Shown: positions 46,459-57,717, numbered from the stretch's first letter. The stretch: DNA of 64,000 nucleotides from Verrucomicrobiota bacterium (GCA_038209745.1 JBBQXJ010000005.1:1-64000); one strand, 5' to 3'. Notes: generated from the letters alone by a model not told the origin. Program-made: numbers and translations.

Positions 46459-48723
46459 TCACTGGTGGACCCGGTTGCCGGCGGGATCGATGATCGTCGC
46501 GGTGATGAGGACGAAGAGGTGTTTGGTCGTTCGAGTCGTCACGTCAGCGGCTTCGCCATCCGCCTTCACCCGACCGTGGACGGTGTTCGTATCCGTGGAT
46601 GTCAAGCCGCCCACCAGCAACGATTGACCGTCCAAGATCCTCGCGGTCGAAGTAAAATAGCACGTGCGCATTCTGGGCAACGGCAACGTCCCCTTGATGG
46701 GTTCAGCCCCTCCGATGGAGCGCTCGGGAACAAACCCATTCGGATCGTCATACCCGAGAAACTCGGAGTCCGTGGCGATGACCGTCAGTGCGAGGGTGAA
46801 TCCATCGGCTTCCACGTAGGGAATCACGTCTAAAGTCGGACCAAATGGAATCGCACTGGTGTTGTAGGCGATGTCCGATGTTCCTAATGGCGAATTGGTC
46901 GATGAGACGCCGGTGACGACGGTCCTCAGTTCCAGCGTGGAGATCTGGGCTTGCCGTCCGGACAAGGTGGTCACCCTCGGCGCGGTGATGATCGAGGACC
47001 CTTTGGTTCCTTCCATGGATTTCAGGAGCTCGCGGGCCTGTTCTGGTGTGAGGATCGCTGCTTTTTCAGAATTTGCAGAGTCCACCCTGATTGTCGGGTT
47101 TGCCTCCTGGAATACCTTCGCCTTATTGGTTCCGGAGAGTTCCGGTTCGGCAACCGGATGTGGAGTGAGTGCCGGCCAGTCCTTCGCCAACACCTTCATT
47201 CCCTCGTCGGAGACCTCGATCCTCTTTGCTTCGATCGTGATCTGGGGAGGAGCCGCATTGAGCACTTCAATCGCGGATTGAATGACCTCCAAATCGCTTC
47301 CCCAAGCCCTCACCATCAGTAGACCGGTTCGGTCGTTGAAAAACACCGCTTTGGGCGGAGTCAGGTCCACCCCCACTTGGGTGAAATAGCTCCTTACTAG
47401 GCTGTGGATATGGGCAGGCAGGGTCGTTGATGCTTCGAGCTTTTCCCCAATGTCTAGTTGGGACTCCGAAGTTTGTTTCTCTTCGCCAGTGCCAAGTTGG
47501 GGCTCAACTACGCTTTTCAAAGCCTGAACAAACGTATTCGGATCCACCTTGAAAACCCGTGTGACCAGGTTGGTGTCCTGCGGCTTTACCTCCTGCTTCA
47601 ACGCGATGCTCGGCTCATCCCGATGCAACGCCTTGCCCACCTGGTTCACCGGAGAATCTCCGCCCGTTCGACAGGCGCTGAGGGCCACCATCGCCGCCCC
47701 GGCTCCAACGAGCGCAGCCGCACTCCATCTCCATCCCGGTTTCGGTAAACTTGGTGACTCTTCGGAGGATTCCAACAGCCGCTCGACCCGCAGGCCCAAG
47801 TCGGAGTGATCGCCATCGCCCGCTGCTGCCAGCATGGGCCACGGGGCGACCGGGCCCGGCTTTGCGGCCAAGGCCACCAAGGCTTCGGCCAAGCTGCCGT
47901 TGAGGGGACCGGCCAACCGACTCGCTTCGTCTGCCGCCAGTTCACAGGCGGTATGCAGTCGCCGCCGAACCAGCCACACCGCCGGATGCCACCAGAGCAA
48001 CGGCGCCAACACTTCGCCCAGACAGCGCCAGAGCGCGTCCAAGCCCGCGATGTGGGCGAACTCATGCGCCAGCACCGCGCGTTGATGATCCGGAGTGAAC
48101 GCATCCGAGAAGTCCGACGGCAGACACACGACCGGCCGGAGCAGGCCAAAGGTCATGGGCGACGCCAACGCCCCTTGGCGCAGCTCAGGCGTCCGGTTCA
48201 TCCCCAGTTGTTCCCGCACCTCCTTGGCGCGCTGGAGCAACTCCGTGTCGTTCACCGCTTGGAAGCGGCGGCGCACCAACGACAAAAGACCCAACGCCAG
48301 TCCACACCGCGCCAGCAGCAATCCGGTGCCCGCGATCCAACCCATCGCCAACCACCCCGCGATCCGATCCTTGGACGCCGTGGCTGCGACCAATGGTTTC
48401 GCCACCAGAGAAACCGAGGAGGTGGACAGCACCATCGCCGCCCTTGGTGTCGTGGGCTGTTGCGAAGACGCCGCCGCGATGGCCGCCGCTTCGGTCGGTC
48501 TTTCAACCCGCTTCCACATCGGCGCCAAGGCTCCTCGGGCTCCGGTCCACTCCGCGAGCGCCACTCCTACCAACAACGTGGCTGTCGAAAGCCAGACCGC
48601 GCGCTGGATCTGGGCCCGCTCCAGTCGCCGCGCGAAGAGTTCGGCCAGGGCGACGACCACCACTCCGGCGACGCCGAGGCCGGCGAGGGACAGGAACAAC
48701 GGATTCCAGTCGGTCGGGTTCAT
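46459..48723 (-). CDS. M56 (BlaR1-type) metallopeptidase fused to a secretin-like domain
   Basis: SPMTFGLLRPVVCLP, HEFAH, WWHPAVW and CELAAD. C-terminal FNDRTGLLMVR, PQITIEAK, APRVTTLSGRQAQI, GPTLDVIP, DGQSLLVGGL and LITATIIDPAG. Confidence 0.85.
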   Translation of the reverse strand: MNPTDWNPLFLSLAGLGVAGVVVVALAELFARRLERAQIQRAVWLSTATLLVGVALAEWTGARGALAPMWKRVERPTEAAAIAAASSQQPTTPRAAMVLSTSSVSLVAKPLVAATASKDRIAGWLAMGWIAGTGLLLARCGLALGLLSLVRRRFQAVNDTELLQRAKEVREQLGMNRTPELRQGALASPMTFGLLRPVVCLPSDFSDAFTPDHQRAVLAHEFAHIAGLDALWRCLGEVLAPLLWWHPAVWLVRRRLHTACELAADEASRLAGPLNGSLAEALVALAAKPGPVAPWPMLAAAGDGDHSDLGLRVERLLESSEESPSLPKPGWRWSAAALVGAGAAMVALSACRTGGDSPVNQVGKALHRDEPSIALKQEVKPQDTNLVTRVFKVDPNTFVQALKSVVEPQLGTGEEKQTSESQLDIGEKLEASTTLPAHIHSLVRSYFTQVGVDLTPPKAVFFNDRTGLLMVRAWGSDLEVIQSAIEVLNAAPPQITIEAKRIEVSDEGMKVLAKDWPALTPHPVAEPELSGTNKAKVFQEANPTIRVDSANSEKAAILTPEQARELLKSMEGTKGSSIITAPRVTTLSGRQAQISTLELRTVVTGVSSTNSPLGTSDIAYNTSAIPFGPTLDVIPYVEADGFTLALTVIATDSEFLGYDDPNGFVPERSIGGAEPIKGTLPLPRMRTCYFTSTARILDGQSLLVGGLTSTDTNTVHGRVKADGEAADVTTRTTKHLFVLITATIIDPAGNRVHQ

Positions 48724-49103
48724 AGGTCTTTCTTTTTGTCGGCGATGAGTTTCTCCAAACGGGCCAGCTCCTTCGCGCTGATCTTCCGGTCCTTCAACAG
48801 ATGGCTGACCAGGTCGGAGACGCTGCCCTGGAAGATCCTTTCCAGCAGATGGCTGGTCATCCCTTGGTTCACCTGCTCGGGCTGGACCACCGCGCGGTAG
48901 ATGAAAGTGCGGCCCTCGTTGCGGTGCCCGACGAGGCCCTTCTCCTCCATCCGGCGGAGCAGTGTGGCCAGCGTGGTGTAGGCGTGGGCCTCCGTGCCCA
49001 ACGCCTCATGCACGTCGGCCACCGAGGCCTCGGTGCGGGACCAGAGGAACTGGAGGATGCGATGCTGGAGATCGCCCAATCGATGGAGTCGTGGAGTCGG
49101 CAT
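48720..49103 (-). CDS. BlaI/MecI/CopY-family repressor
   Basis: LQ..I...LW, AYTT..TLL.R.EEKG.V and GRTFIY; overlaps the M56 start. Confidence 0.93.
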   Translation of the reverse strand: MPTPRLHRLGDLQHRILQFLWSRTEASVADVHEALGTEAHAYTTLATLLRRMEEKGLVGHRNEGRTFIYRAVVQPEQVNQGMTSHLLERIFQGSVSDLVSHLLKDRKISAKELARLEKLIADKKKDL

Positions 49104-49119
49104 GGTGAACGACAGTAGT

Positions 49120-49139
49120 AATACTACCTGTGTAGTATT
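49120..49139. promoter_or_regulatory. BlaI-type operator palindrome
   Basis: AATACTAC-CTGT-GTAGTATT, a perfect 8-bp inverted repeat 17 bp upstream of the repressor start. Confidence 0.85.
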
Positions 49140-49196
49140 GTCGGCAAGAGAAAAGAGCCGCCCGCTTCGATGGCTCGAAACGGGCGCTTCAAGTCA

Positions 49197-49222
49197 GGGC
49201 CGCGCGGCAACGCGGCCCTACC
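49197..49222 (-). repeat. Single GTAG REP-like hairpin
   Basis: Reverse complement GGTAGGGCCGCGTTGCCGCGCGGCCC. Confidence 0.6.
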
Positions 49223-49231
49223 GGGATGGGG

Positions 49232-50383
49232 TCAGGCTTTGACCTGTTTGACCTTGGTCCACTTCTTGGTCTTGGCGGAGGAGAGCACGGCGTCGACCAC
49301 GTAGTCGGTGGCGAGACCGTCCTTGAAGTCGGGTTTGGGCGCTTCGCCCTTCTCCAGGGCGCTGAGGAATTCGACGACCTGGTGGATGAAGCTGTGTTCG
49401 TAGCCGAGCTGGAGACCGGGCACCCACCAGTTGCCGGTGTAGGGATGGTCGCCATCGGAGACGTGGACGCTCTTCCAGCCCCGTTCGCGGCCTTCGTCGG
49501 CGTGGTCGAAGATCTGGAGGCGGTGCAGGTCGTGCAGGTCCCACTTCAGGGACATGTGCTCGCCGTTGACCTCGAACGTGTAGAGCGCCTTGTGGCCTCG
49601 GGCGTAGCGGGTGGACTCGAAGAGGCCGAGAGACCCGTTGTTGAAGTGGCAGAGGAAGGAGCAGGCGTCGTCGATGGTGACCTTCTGGACCTTGCCGGTG
49701 AGGGTGTGCTTGCGCTCCTTGATGAATGTCTCGGTCATGGCCGTGACGTCCTTGATGCCGCCGTTGAGCCAGAGCGCGGTGTCGATGCAGTGGGCGAGCA
49801 GATCGCCGGTGACCCCTGAGCCGGCGGCCTTGGCATCGAGACGCCAGAGGCCGGCGCCGCCCTGCGGGAGATCGGGGCTGATGGTCCAGTCCTGGAGGAA
49901 ATTGGCGCGGTAGTGGAAGACCTTGCCTAGCTTGCCTTCGTCGATGAGCTGCTTGGCCAGGGTGACGGCCGGGCAACGGCGGTAGTTATACCAGACCATG
50001 TTCGGCACTTTGGCCTTCTGCACGGCCTTGACCATGGCCTCGGCTTCCTTGGCATTCAGCGCGAGGGGCTTTTCGCAGAGGATCATCTTGCCCGCTTTCG
50101 CCGCAGCCAAGGCGATCTCGGCGTGGAGGTTGTTCGGGACGGCGATGTCGACGATGTCGATGTCGTCGCGGGCGATGAGTTTCTTCCAGTCGGTCTCGAT
50201 GGACTGGTAGCCCCATTTGTCAGCGAATTCCTGGGCCTTGGTGGCGTCGCGGGCGCAGACGGCTTGAAGGACGAGTTCGTAGCCGGAGGGGAAAAAGTGA
50301 CCGACCTGGCTGAAGGCGTTGGAGTGGGCGCGGCCCATGAAGCCGTAGCCGATGAGACCGATGCGGAGTTGTTTCTTTGCCAT
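49232..50383 (-). CDS. Gfo/Idh/MocA oxidoreductase
   Basis: [15 protein letters not shown] and GDLLAHCID motifs. Confidence 0.93.
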   Translation of the reverse strand: MAKKQLRIGLIGYGFMGRAHSNAFSQVGHFFPSGYELVLQAVCARDATKAQEFADKWGYQSIETDWKKLIARDDIDIVDIAVPNNLHAEIALAAAKAGKMILCEKPLALNAKEAEAMVKAVQKAKVPNMVWYNYRRCPAVTLAKQLIDEGKLGKVFHYRANFLQDWTISPDLPQGGAGLWRLDAKAAGSGVTGDLLAHCIDTALWLNGGIKDVTAMTETFIKERKHTLTGKVQKVTIDDACSFLCHFNNGSLGLFESTRYARGHKALYTFEVNGEHMSLKWDLHDLHRLQIFDHADEGRERGWKSVHVSDGDHPYTGNWWVPGLQLGYEHSFIHQVVEFLSALEKGEAPKPDFKDGLATDYVVDAVLSSAKTKKWTKVKQVKA

Positions 50384-50467
50384 AATTAAATGGCCGCAAG
50401 GAGGCGCAAGAGGCGCAAAAAATTGCGGCTAGAGGTTCGGTGGTTCGGGATTGCTGAGAGTGTGTAT

Positions 50468-50812
50468 TTACGGACGGCGAACTTCACCACTGCGAAGTTC
50501 ATGAAGAGCTAGGCGACACCGGATGGCCATCAGCGCAATTGCCGACCACAATCCGGTAACGATCACAAGGCTGGCAACGAGGGCATTCGCTTCATGAACG
50601 CCCACCCAGTTCAAAAGGGCCATCAAGGGCGCATGGATCAGAAATGGAAGCCACCCGATGAAATTCACCGGAATTCCTCCATGCCCTGCTCCCCAAATCA
50701 GATAGGGAGACACGACGACCAGCTCAACCAAAAGACCTATTCCAATCGCCTTCAAAAGCGACTACGCCATGCCCTCCTTTTGGAAGGTTTTCGGCTCATC
50801 CGAAGAGTTCAT
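50468..50812 (-). pseudogene. Small membrane protein with one in-frame TAG
   Basis: MNSSDEPKTFQKEGMA*SLLKAIGIGLLVELVVV… The two track ORFs are in the same frame, split by a stop at 50762-50764. Confidence 0.5.
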
Positions 50813-50948
50813 AGGTGCCAGTGGAAGAGCTGTTTGGTCGAACTTTCGCTCGAACTGAAAAGAGGGCCGCGAAAGAAGACAGGGACGCAAAGAACGGGGC
50901 CTAATCGCGTTCTCTCCACGTTCCTTGCTTCCCTCGCGGCTAATTGGG

Positions 50949-52004
<1,056 letters not shown>

Positions 52005-52244
52005 AGATTGTTCCTGGGGACGGCCTTCGACGGTATCGGCGGAGTCGGGTCAATCAATCCGAAAGTGTCGGACATTCGGGGGGGCGGTTCTTTGGCCTCT
52101 CCACGGGTCAGCATTTTCCCTTTGCTTTTAAGGAGGTGGGTCCCCGGTTTAACGGCTTCCGACGGCCTCCTTTGCCGGGTTGTTCAAATCGTTGAACGAC
52201 TTTCGCTCCGGTCCGTCGTGATTGGCTTTGCCAAACTCAGCCCG

Positions 52245-53327
52245 ATGACTCCATTTCAGGAAATGACGAATGGCCGGATCTCATCTTTGTCCTTCTGGTG
52301 TCATCGCGGAGTGCTTCGTTTGGCCAGCTGGTTGCTGTTGGTCGCTGCGCTGCTCGCGGCCCGCGAAGTCAAGGCAGGTGGGCAGGGCCCGGTCTTGACG
52401 ATGACAGAGGAGAACGACCTCTTTCTGAACACGGATCGCCACTACACGCAGGGGCTGAAGTTCACCTACATGTTCGGTGACGATGAGGTCCCTGACTTCG
52501 CCATCGGCTGGGCCACGAACCTTCCCTCCCTTGGCTACGAGGTGCAGCATGCCAAAGCCGGGTTCACCATCGGCCAGTCGATCTTCACCCCGGCGGACAC
52601 CGCGACCACGGCGCTGATTCCGACCGATCGACCCTACGCTGGGTGGTTGTATCTCGGGCTGATTCTGCAACGGAACGGAACGAACCAGTTTCTGGGGCAG
52701 ATCTTCGGCCAGCATCGGTCGTTGGAGAACCTGGAGATCTCGCTCGGCGTGGTCGGCCCTTGGGCGCTGGGCAAGGAGGCCCAAACCTGGGTCCATCAGC
52801 TCCGGGGCTTCGATCTTCCCCAAGGCTGGAGCCACCAGTTGCGCAACGAGCCCGCGGTCCAGTTCCGCTACACCCGCATGTGGGACCATCGCTCACCGGA
52901 GGTTTGGGAGCCTTTTTCCATCGATCTCATCCCTCACTGGGGCGCCAGCCTTGGGACGGTCTATGTCTTCGGCAACGTCGGCGTCACGGTGCGGATGGGT
53001 CTCAACGTCCCCCTTGATTTCGGCACCTCGACCATCGACGCGCCCACGGTGGAGTCGGGCGAAGGGATCCGTCCAAAATGGGGGGTCTACGCGTTTTCCG
53101 GGGTCGACGGACGGGCGGTCGGCTGGAACACATTTCTCGACGGCAACGTCTTCCGCGACACCGACCATGTGGAAAAGCGGAACCTCGTCGGTGATTTCAA
53201 GGTAGGCGGTGTCCTGGTCCTTAAAAAGGTCGAACTTGGCTACACCTACATCCTCCGTTCCGCAGAATACGTGTCCCAGCAACAACGGGACGCATTTGGC
53301 TCCATCAGCCTTAAATGGAAGTTCTGA
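52245..53327 (+). CDS. lpxR: Lipid A 3'-O-deacylase LpxR-family (DUF2219) outer-membrane protein
   Basis: ENDLF..TDRHYTQG, GQSIFTP, DRPYAGWLY, GW.HQL.NEP and C-terminal Phe; start uncertain. Confidence 0.85.
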   Translation: MTPFQEMTNGRISSLSFWCHRGVLRLASWLLLVAALLAAREVKAGGQGPVLTMTEENDLFLNTDRHYTQGLKFTYMFGDDEVPDFAIGWATNLPSLGYEVQHAKAGFTIGQSIFTPADTATTALIPTDRPYAGWLYLGLILQRNGTNQFLGQIFGQHRSLENLEISLGVVGPWALGKEAQTWVHQLRGFDLPQGWSHQLRNEPAVQFRYTRMWDHRSPEVWEPFSIDLIPHWGASLGTVYVFGNVGVTVRMGLNVPLDFGTSTIDAPTVESGEGIRPKWGVYAFSGVDGRAVGWNTFLDGNVFRDTDHVEKRNLVGDFKVGGVLVLKKVELGYTYILRSAEYVSQQQRDAFGSISLKWKF

Positions 53328-53339
53328 ACCCGGGGGGCC

Positions 53340-53555
53340 AACAACCTGTCCAAATGACCGTGAACCGACTGTGAACAACCGGCCCGGAATGGGAACAACC
53401 CGCTTTTAGGCTGGTTATCCAAAGTTGCTGCCCTCTTTCTTCACAGGCCGGAAGGGCCACGGAAGGCCCTTTAAACCTGAGGATTGAGTGGGTTGTTCGA
53501 CTTATCGACACTGCTTAATAAGAGGTAGATTTTTAAAAAGAAACCTATTCAACTA
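53340..53555. other. Candidate replication origin (DnaA-box cluster plus AT-rich DUE)
   Basis: TGTGAACAA (53370), TGGGAACAA (53390), TTATCCAAA (53415), TTCTTCACA (53437) and TTATCGACA (53502), then TAATAAGAGGTAGATTTTTAAAAAGAAA, directly upstream of dnaN. Confidence 0.65.
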
Positions 53556-53562
53556 AGCCCCA

Positions 53563-54672
53563 ATGAATCTCGCGATCGCCAAAGACCAGCTCCTTTTGGG
53601 GCTTCAGTCGGTCCAGAACGTGGTGAACTCCCGCACCACGCTTCCGATCCTGTCCAATGTGCTGCTCAGGGCCACCGAGAATCGCCTGGAGCTGACCGCC
53701 ACGGACTTGGACGTGACCATCTCATGCTCGGTAGAGGCCAAGGTCTCAAAACCCGGTGCGACCACCATTCCGGTCAAAAAGCTCGTCGGCATCGCCCGGG
53801 AGCTCGGGACGCCCGAGATCGAGTTCTCCGTGGACGAGAAGAACGCGTGCTCCATCAGCGCCGGACCTTCCTTTTTCAAGATCAACGGTCTCTCGGCCGA
53901 TGAGTTTCCCCCGTTTCCCCAGTTCAAGGAGAACAAGAAGGTCGTGCTGCCGCAGGAAAAGCTGCTGAGCATGCTCAAGAAAACCTCGTTCGCCATCTCC
54001 ACGGACGAGTCCCGCTACGTCTTGAACGGCATTTTCCTCTCCCTCAAGGACCACAAGGTCACGATGGTCGCCACCGATGGGCGCCGCTTGGCCATGGTGG
54101 AGGAAGAGGCCGACATCGCCGAGGGGAACCAGGGCGAGTTCATCATCCCGACCAAGGCGGTCAACGAATTGACCCGGCTGCTGGGCGACAAGGGAGAGGT
54201 GGAAATCCGGTTCACCGACAACCAGGTCGCGTTCACCCTCAAGAACGACTCCGGCTTCACCGTTCTGCTCATTTCCAAACTGGTCGAAGGCAACTACCCG
54301 AACTACCGGCAGGTCATTCCCAGCGAGACCAAGGAGCGGGTGCCCATCGTCCGTGAAGAACTCCTCCAGGCGGTGCGCCGGGCGGAGATCATGACGAGCG
54401 ACAAGGCCAACTCGGTGAAGTTCGCCTTCACCAAGAACAACCTGACGATCACGGCCAACGCCCCGGAAGTGGGCGAGGCCAAGGAAAGCATCGCGATCAA
54501 CTACAAGGGCAAGGACATCGCCATCGCCTTCAATCCCGGCTATCTGCTGGATCCTTTGAAGGCGCTGACCGACGACGAAGTGTTCATCGAACTGATCGAC
54601 GAGCTGAGCCCCGGCGTGATGAAGATCAACGGGCCCTTCCTCTATGTCGTCATGCCCATGCGGTTGAGCTGA
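53563..54672 (+). CDS. dnaN: DNA polymerase III beta clamp
   Basis: LPILSN, ATDL, VATDGRRLA, YPNY..VIP and YVVMPM motifs. Confidence 0.97.
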   Translation: MNLAIAKDQLLLGLQSVQNVVNSRTTLPILSNVLLRATENRLELTATDLDVTISCSVEAKVSKPGATTIPVKKLVGIARELGTPEIEFSVDEKNACSISAGPSFFKINGLSADEFPPFPQFKENKKVVLPQEKLLSMLKKTSFAISTDESRYVLNGIFLSLKDHKVTMVATDGRRLAMVEEEADIAEGNQGEFIIPTKAVNELTRLLGDKGEVEIRFTDNQVAFTLKNDSGFTVLLISKLVEGNYPNYRQVIPSETKERVPIVREELLQAVRRAEIMTSDKANSVKFAFTKNNLTITANAPEVGEAKESIAINYKGKDIAIAFNPGYLLDPLKALTDDEVFIELIDELSPGVMKINGPFLYVVMPMRLS

Positions 54673-54689
54673 GGCCCCGAAAACGAAGG

Positions 54690-54723
54690 AAGCCGTCCGG
54701 TGAATCCGGACGGCTTTTTCTTT
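54690..54723 (+). terminator. Intrinsic terminator after dnaN
   Basis: AAGCCGTCCGG-TGAAT-CCGGACGGCTTTTTCTTT. Confidence 0.88.
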
Positions 54724-54758
54724 GTTGGAAAAAAGATGAGGAAGAGCACGCTCCGCGG

Positions 54759-57623
54759 GTGCGAGCGCTTCTCCTGAATCTCCCGAGGTTTGTTTTTGGC
54801 TCCCTCTTCTGCCTGGCGGCCCTCTCAGCGCAGGCGCAGGACAGCTATCGGTGGGAGTTTCCGGTCAGCGGCGCATTCAACGACAAGAACAAGTGGGCTT
54901 CCTTCCCTAACGACGGCTTTCCCACGGCCGGGGATTTAGCCATCATCAATTTTGGGAATGGCTACACCGTGACCATCAACGGAGCGGCGTCAGGCATCGT
55001 CGAATTGGGGGGCGATGTTACCTTTCAGCTCGATGGCAACTACAACACAGGCGAGTTTCGGAAAGGTGAAGGCCGTCTGGTGTTGCGCAGCACCGGCACT
55101 CTGGCAGGCGGGCCCTTTTACCTGAGCGGAAACGGACTCGCCGACGTAAACAACGTGGAGGTGGATGGCGCGGGATTGACCATGAATGGCCTGCTAACGG
55201 ATAGCTCCTATAGGATCATTGGGCGCAACGGGGCGCAGATCAACTCCTCGGGGTTGACAGGTCAATACGGCACCAGTCCGCTGCTAGAATCGGGCGCGGT
55301 GTGGCATCACACCGGCACGAATTATGGGCCTTTGTGCATTGTCAACTCCGGCTCACTTCTGGCGGCAGATGTGGTCGGCTTTACCCGGGCCCAAATGGAT
55401 GGCGGCCGCCTCCAGGCCGGTCAGCTCTTCCTTGGTGGTCTTGAGGCGACCAACGGGGCTACGGTTAACGCCACCACCGCCAACCCCTCCGGATTCAGGC
55501 CCTGGGTTCTTGGGGGCGGCGGCACGAGGCTGACGGTCTCGGGCGTTCTCCAAGGCTCGACAGAGGATGTGAGGGCGCTGGCCGGAGCCGTGATTTCAGC
55601 CGGATCCCTTGCCAATTCCGGCTTTTACGTCGTCGACGGCAGCGGTTCGCAACTGGCGGTCGCCGGCTCCATCGATGCAGCGAGGATTACGATGAGCAAC
55701 CAGGGCCAGGGCAGCGCCGCCACCATGACCCGGAGTTCGTTGACCATCCGGAATGGCGGCTCGGTCTTCAACGTCGGCGACCGGATTGAAGATTCTACCG
55801 TGATTGTCCAAAACGGAGCCCGGGTCAACGCCGGCCCCGGCGCGGGTAGCGGCTTCGCAGTAGATGGCGTGGGTTCGGTCGTGCTGCTCAGTGGGAAATT
55901 GGCCAAGTCACCGTCCGGAAGGCCCGCCTCGGTAGATGTGAGCGGCGGTGGACGGCTGGACTGTGCCACGGCGAATGCCAGCGGCTCGGTGTTCGGAGCC
56001 GGTTCCTTCTGGCGGGTGGGCGGCGACGGTCTGGTTGTGGGCGACGAGGAAGAGATTTTCATGAGCCTGGGCGATGGCGGGCGGGTGGAAGTCCACGGCA
56101 ATGCGATGGGGGTGGGCTCCAGTGTGGGCGGGAAAGGGAATGTGTATGTCGATGGCGGCCCGTCGGTGTCGCCATCGGTGCTGGATGTCCGAGACGTTTT
56201 AGAGACCGGCGTCGGGGTTGGCGGAAAGGGATTTCTTAAAGTTTACAATCGTGGGCGGATGCTCGCCAGCAAGCTCACGGTGGGTGCCTATGCGGGATCC
56301 GACGGCACTCTGGAGGTCCTCGGTTCGGGCACGAGCTTGGAAGTGGGGACCACGCTGGAGATCGGGAGGGGTGGCTCTGGCCAGATGACCGTCAGCGGCT
56401 TGGTGATCACGCCGGAAGTCCTCGTCGGATCAAACAGTGGAACCAACCTTCTCCGCCTGACGGGTTCTGGTTCCACCATGACGGTCGCCGATAGGGTCAG
56501 GTTGGGAAAATCGGGAAATGGCCAATTGACCATCCAACAGGGAGCGCAGCTCGTTCTGACGAGCGCTTGGGTAGAACCGAACCCCAGCGAGGTGGGTCTG
56601 TGCGAGGTTAGTTCGGGCTACGGGACCGGCACCGTTACGGTGGACGGATCAGGCTCGGCCTTGCGCGGGGTCAACGCCTTTCTGGCGGTTGGACTCACCG
56701 GCAAAGGGAATCTGAAAGTGACCGCTGGCGGAGCAGTTGATTTTTCCGCCATCAGTATCTTTGGTGGGCAGAACCAAAGCAGCACCGGTTCCATCTCGGG
56801 TGAAGGTTCGGTGGTGCAAGCCCGCGATTCTGTAGTGATTGGAAATGCGTTTCCCGGCCCCGGATCGGACGAAGTCACCGTGTCCGCTGGCGGCCTTTTG
56901 AATTCCAAGGCCGATTTTCACGTGGGCCCGACGGGGACTCTGCGCTTGAGCGGGGGGTCGTGCGTGGTGGGGCAAACCGCCGAAGCGCCGATTCCCGGCA
57001 CTGCGTTGGTCGCCAACTTCGGAAAGTTTTATCTGGGCGGCAAACTGATCGGCTCGGTGCTGGTCCGACCCGGCGGCCAGTTTCTGCCGGGCTCTTCGCC
57101 CGGCCATGCGGCGGTGGAGGGCAATGTGACGCTGGCCGCAGGCACCACCCTTGAAATGGAGTTGGGCGGCCTGGGTGCCGGTACCGGCTTCGATCAAATC
57201 GACGCCACCGGCACGGTGACGCTGGCCGGGCGGCTGGATTTTGTTTTTCGCGACGGCTTTGCCCCGACCAACGGTCAGTCTTTCGAGCTGGTCCGGGGTG
57301 GGTCGGTCACGGGGAACTTTTCGGAAGTGAACGTGGTTGGCTTGGCGCCTGGCTTCACCTACACGCTGGTCAACAGCGGAGGAACCTCTTTGGTCCTCAC
57401 CGCCACCAGCGCGGGCGTTCCGACGACCGCGCCGCTCTTGAGCATCTCCCGGTCGACCCGCACGAACGTGGTGGTCTCATGGCCGGATTACGTCACCGGC
57501 TGGACGCTTCAGCAGAGCACCAGTCTGCAATCGGGATCGTGGAAGCCGGTCGCCGCTCCGGGAAATCTCCTGAACGAGCCGGCTCCTGTCGGGTCTTCTT
57601 TTTTCCAACTGGTGAAGCCGTGA
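54759..57623 (+). CDS. Large secreted Gly-rich beta-helix repeat surface protein
   Basis: Signal peptide; repeated V.G.GS…VG..G.G.L.V..GG units; PGSSPG…G..FDQI passenger-like cap. Confidence 0.75.
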   Translation: MRALLLNLPRFVFGSLFCLAALSAQAQDSYRWEFPVSGAFNDKNKWASFPNDGFPTAGDLAIINFGNGYTVTINGAASGIVELGGDVTFQLDGNYNTGEFRKGEGRLVLRSTGTLAGGPFYLSGNGLADVNNVEVDGAGLTMNGLLTDSSYRIIGRNGAQINSSGLTGQYGTSPLLESGAVWHHTGTNYGPLCIVNSGSLLAADVVGFTRAQMDGGRLQAGQLFLGGLEATNGATVNATTANPSGFRPWVLGGGGTRLTVSGVLQGSTEDVRALAGAVISAGSLANSGFYVVDGSGSQLAVAGSIDAARITMSNQGQGSAATMTRSSLTIRNGGSVFNVGDRIEDSTVIVQNGARVNAGPGAGSGFAVDGVGSVVLLSGKLAKSPSGRPASVDVSGGGRLDCATANASGSVFGAGSFWRVGGDGLVVGDEEEIFMSLGDGGRVEVHGNAMGVGSSVGGKGNVYVDGGPSVSPSVLDVRDVLETGVGVGGKGFLKVYNRGRMLASKLTVGAYAGSDGTLEVLGSGTSLEVGTTLEIGRGGSGQMTVSGLVITPEVLVGSNSGTNLLRLTGSGSTMTVADRVRLGKSGNGQLTIQQGAQLVLTSAWVEPNPSEVGLCEVSSGYGTGTVTVDGSGSALRGVNAFLAVGLTGKGNLKVTAGGAVDFSAISIFGGQNQSSTGSISGEGSVVQARDSVVIGNAFPGPGSDEVTVSAGGLLNSKADFHVGPTGTLRLSGGSCVVGQTAEAPIPGTALVANFGKFYLGGKLIGSVLVRPGGQFLPGSSPGHAAVEGNVTLAAGTTLEMELGGLGAGTGFDQIDATGTVTLAGRLDFVFRDGFAPTNGQSFELVRGGSVTGNFSEVNVVGLAPGFTYTLVNSGGTSLVLTATSAGVPTTAPLLSISRSTRTNVVVSWPDYVTGWTLQQSTSLQSGSWKPVAAPGNLLNEPAPVGSSFFQLVKP

Positions 57624-57717
57624 CGGCGGTTTCTTGGGCGACCGAAGCCAGGGATCTTGGTGGGAGTCGAAGAGACCAGAACTGTTTGGCTTGGTCGGTG
57701 AACCCGGACGGCCGTTT

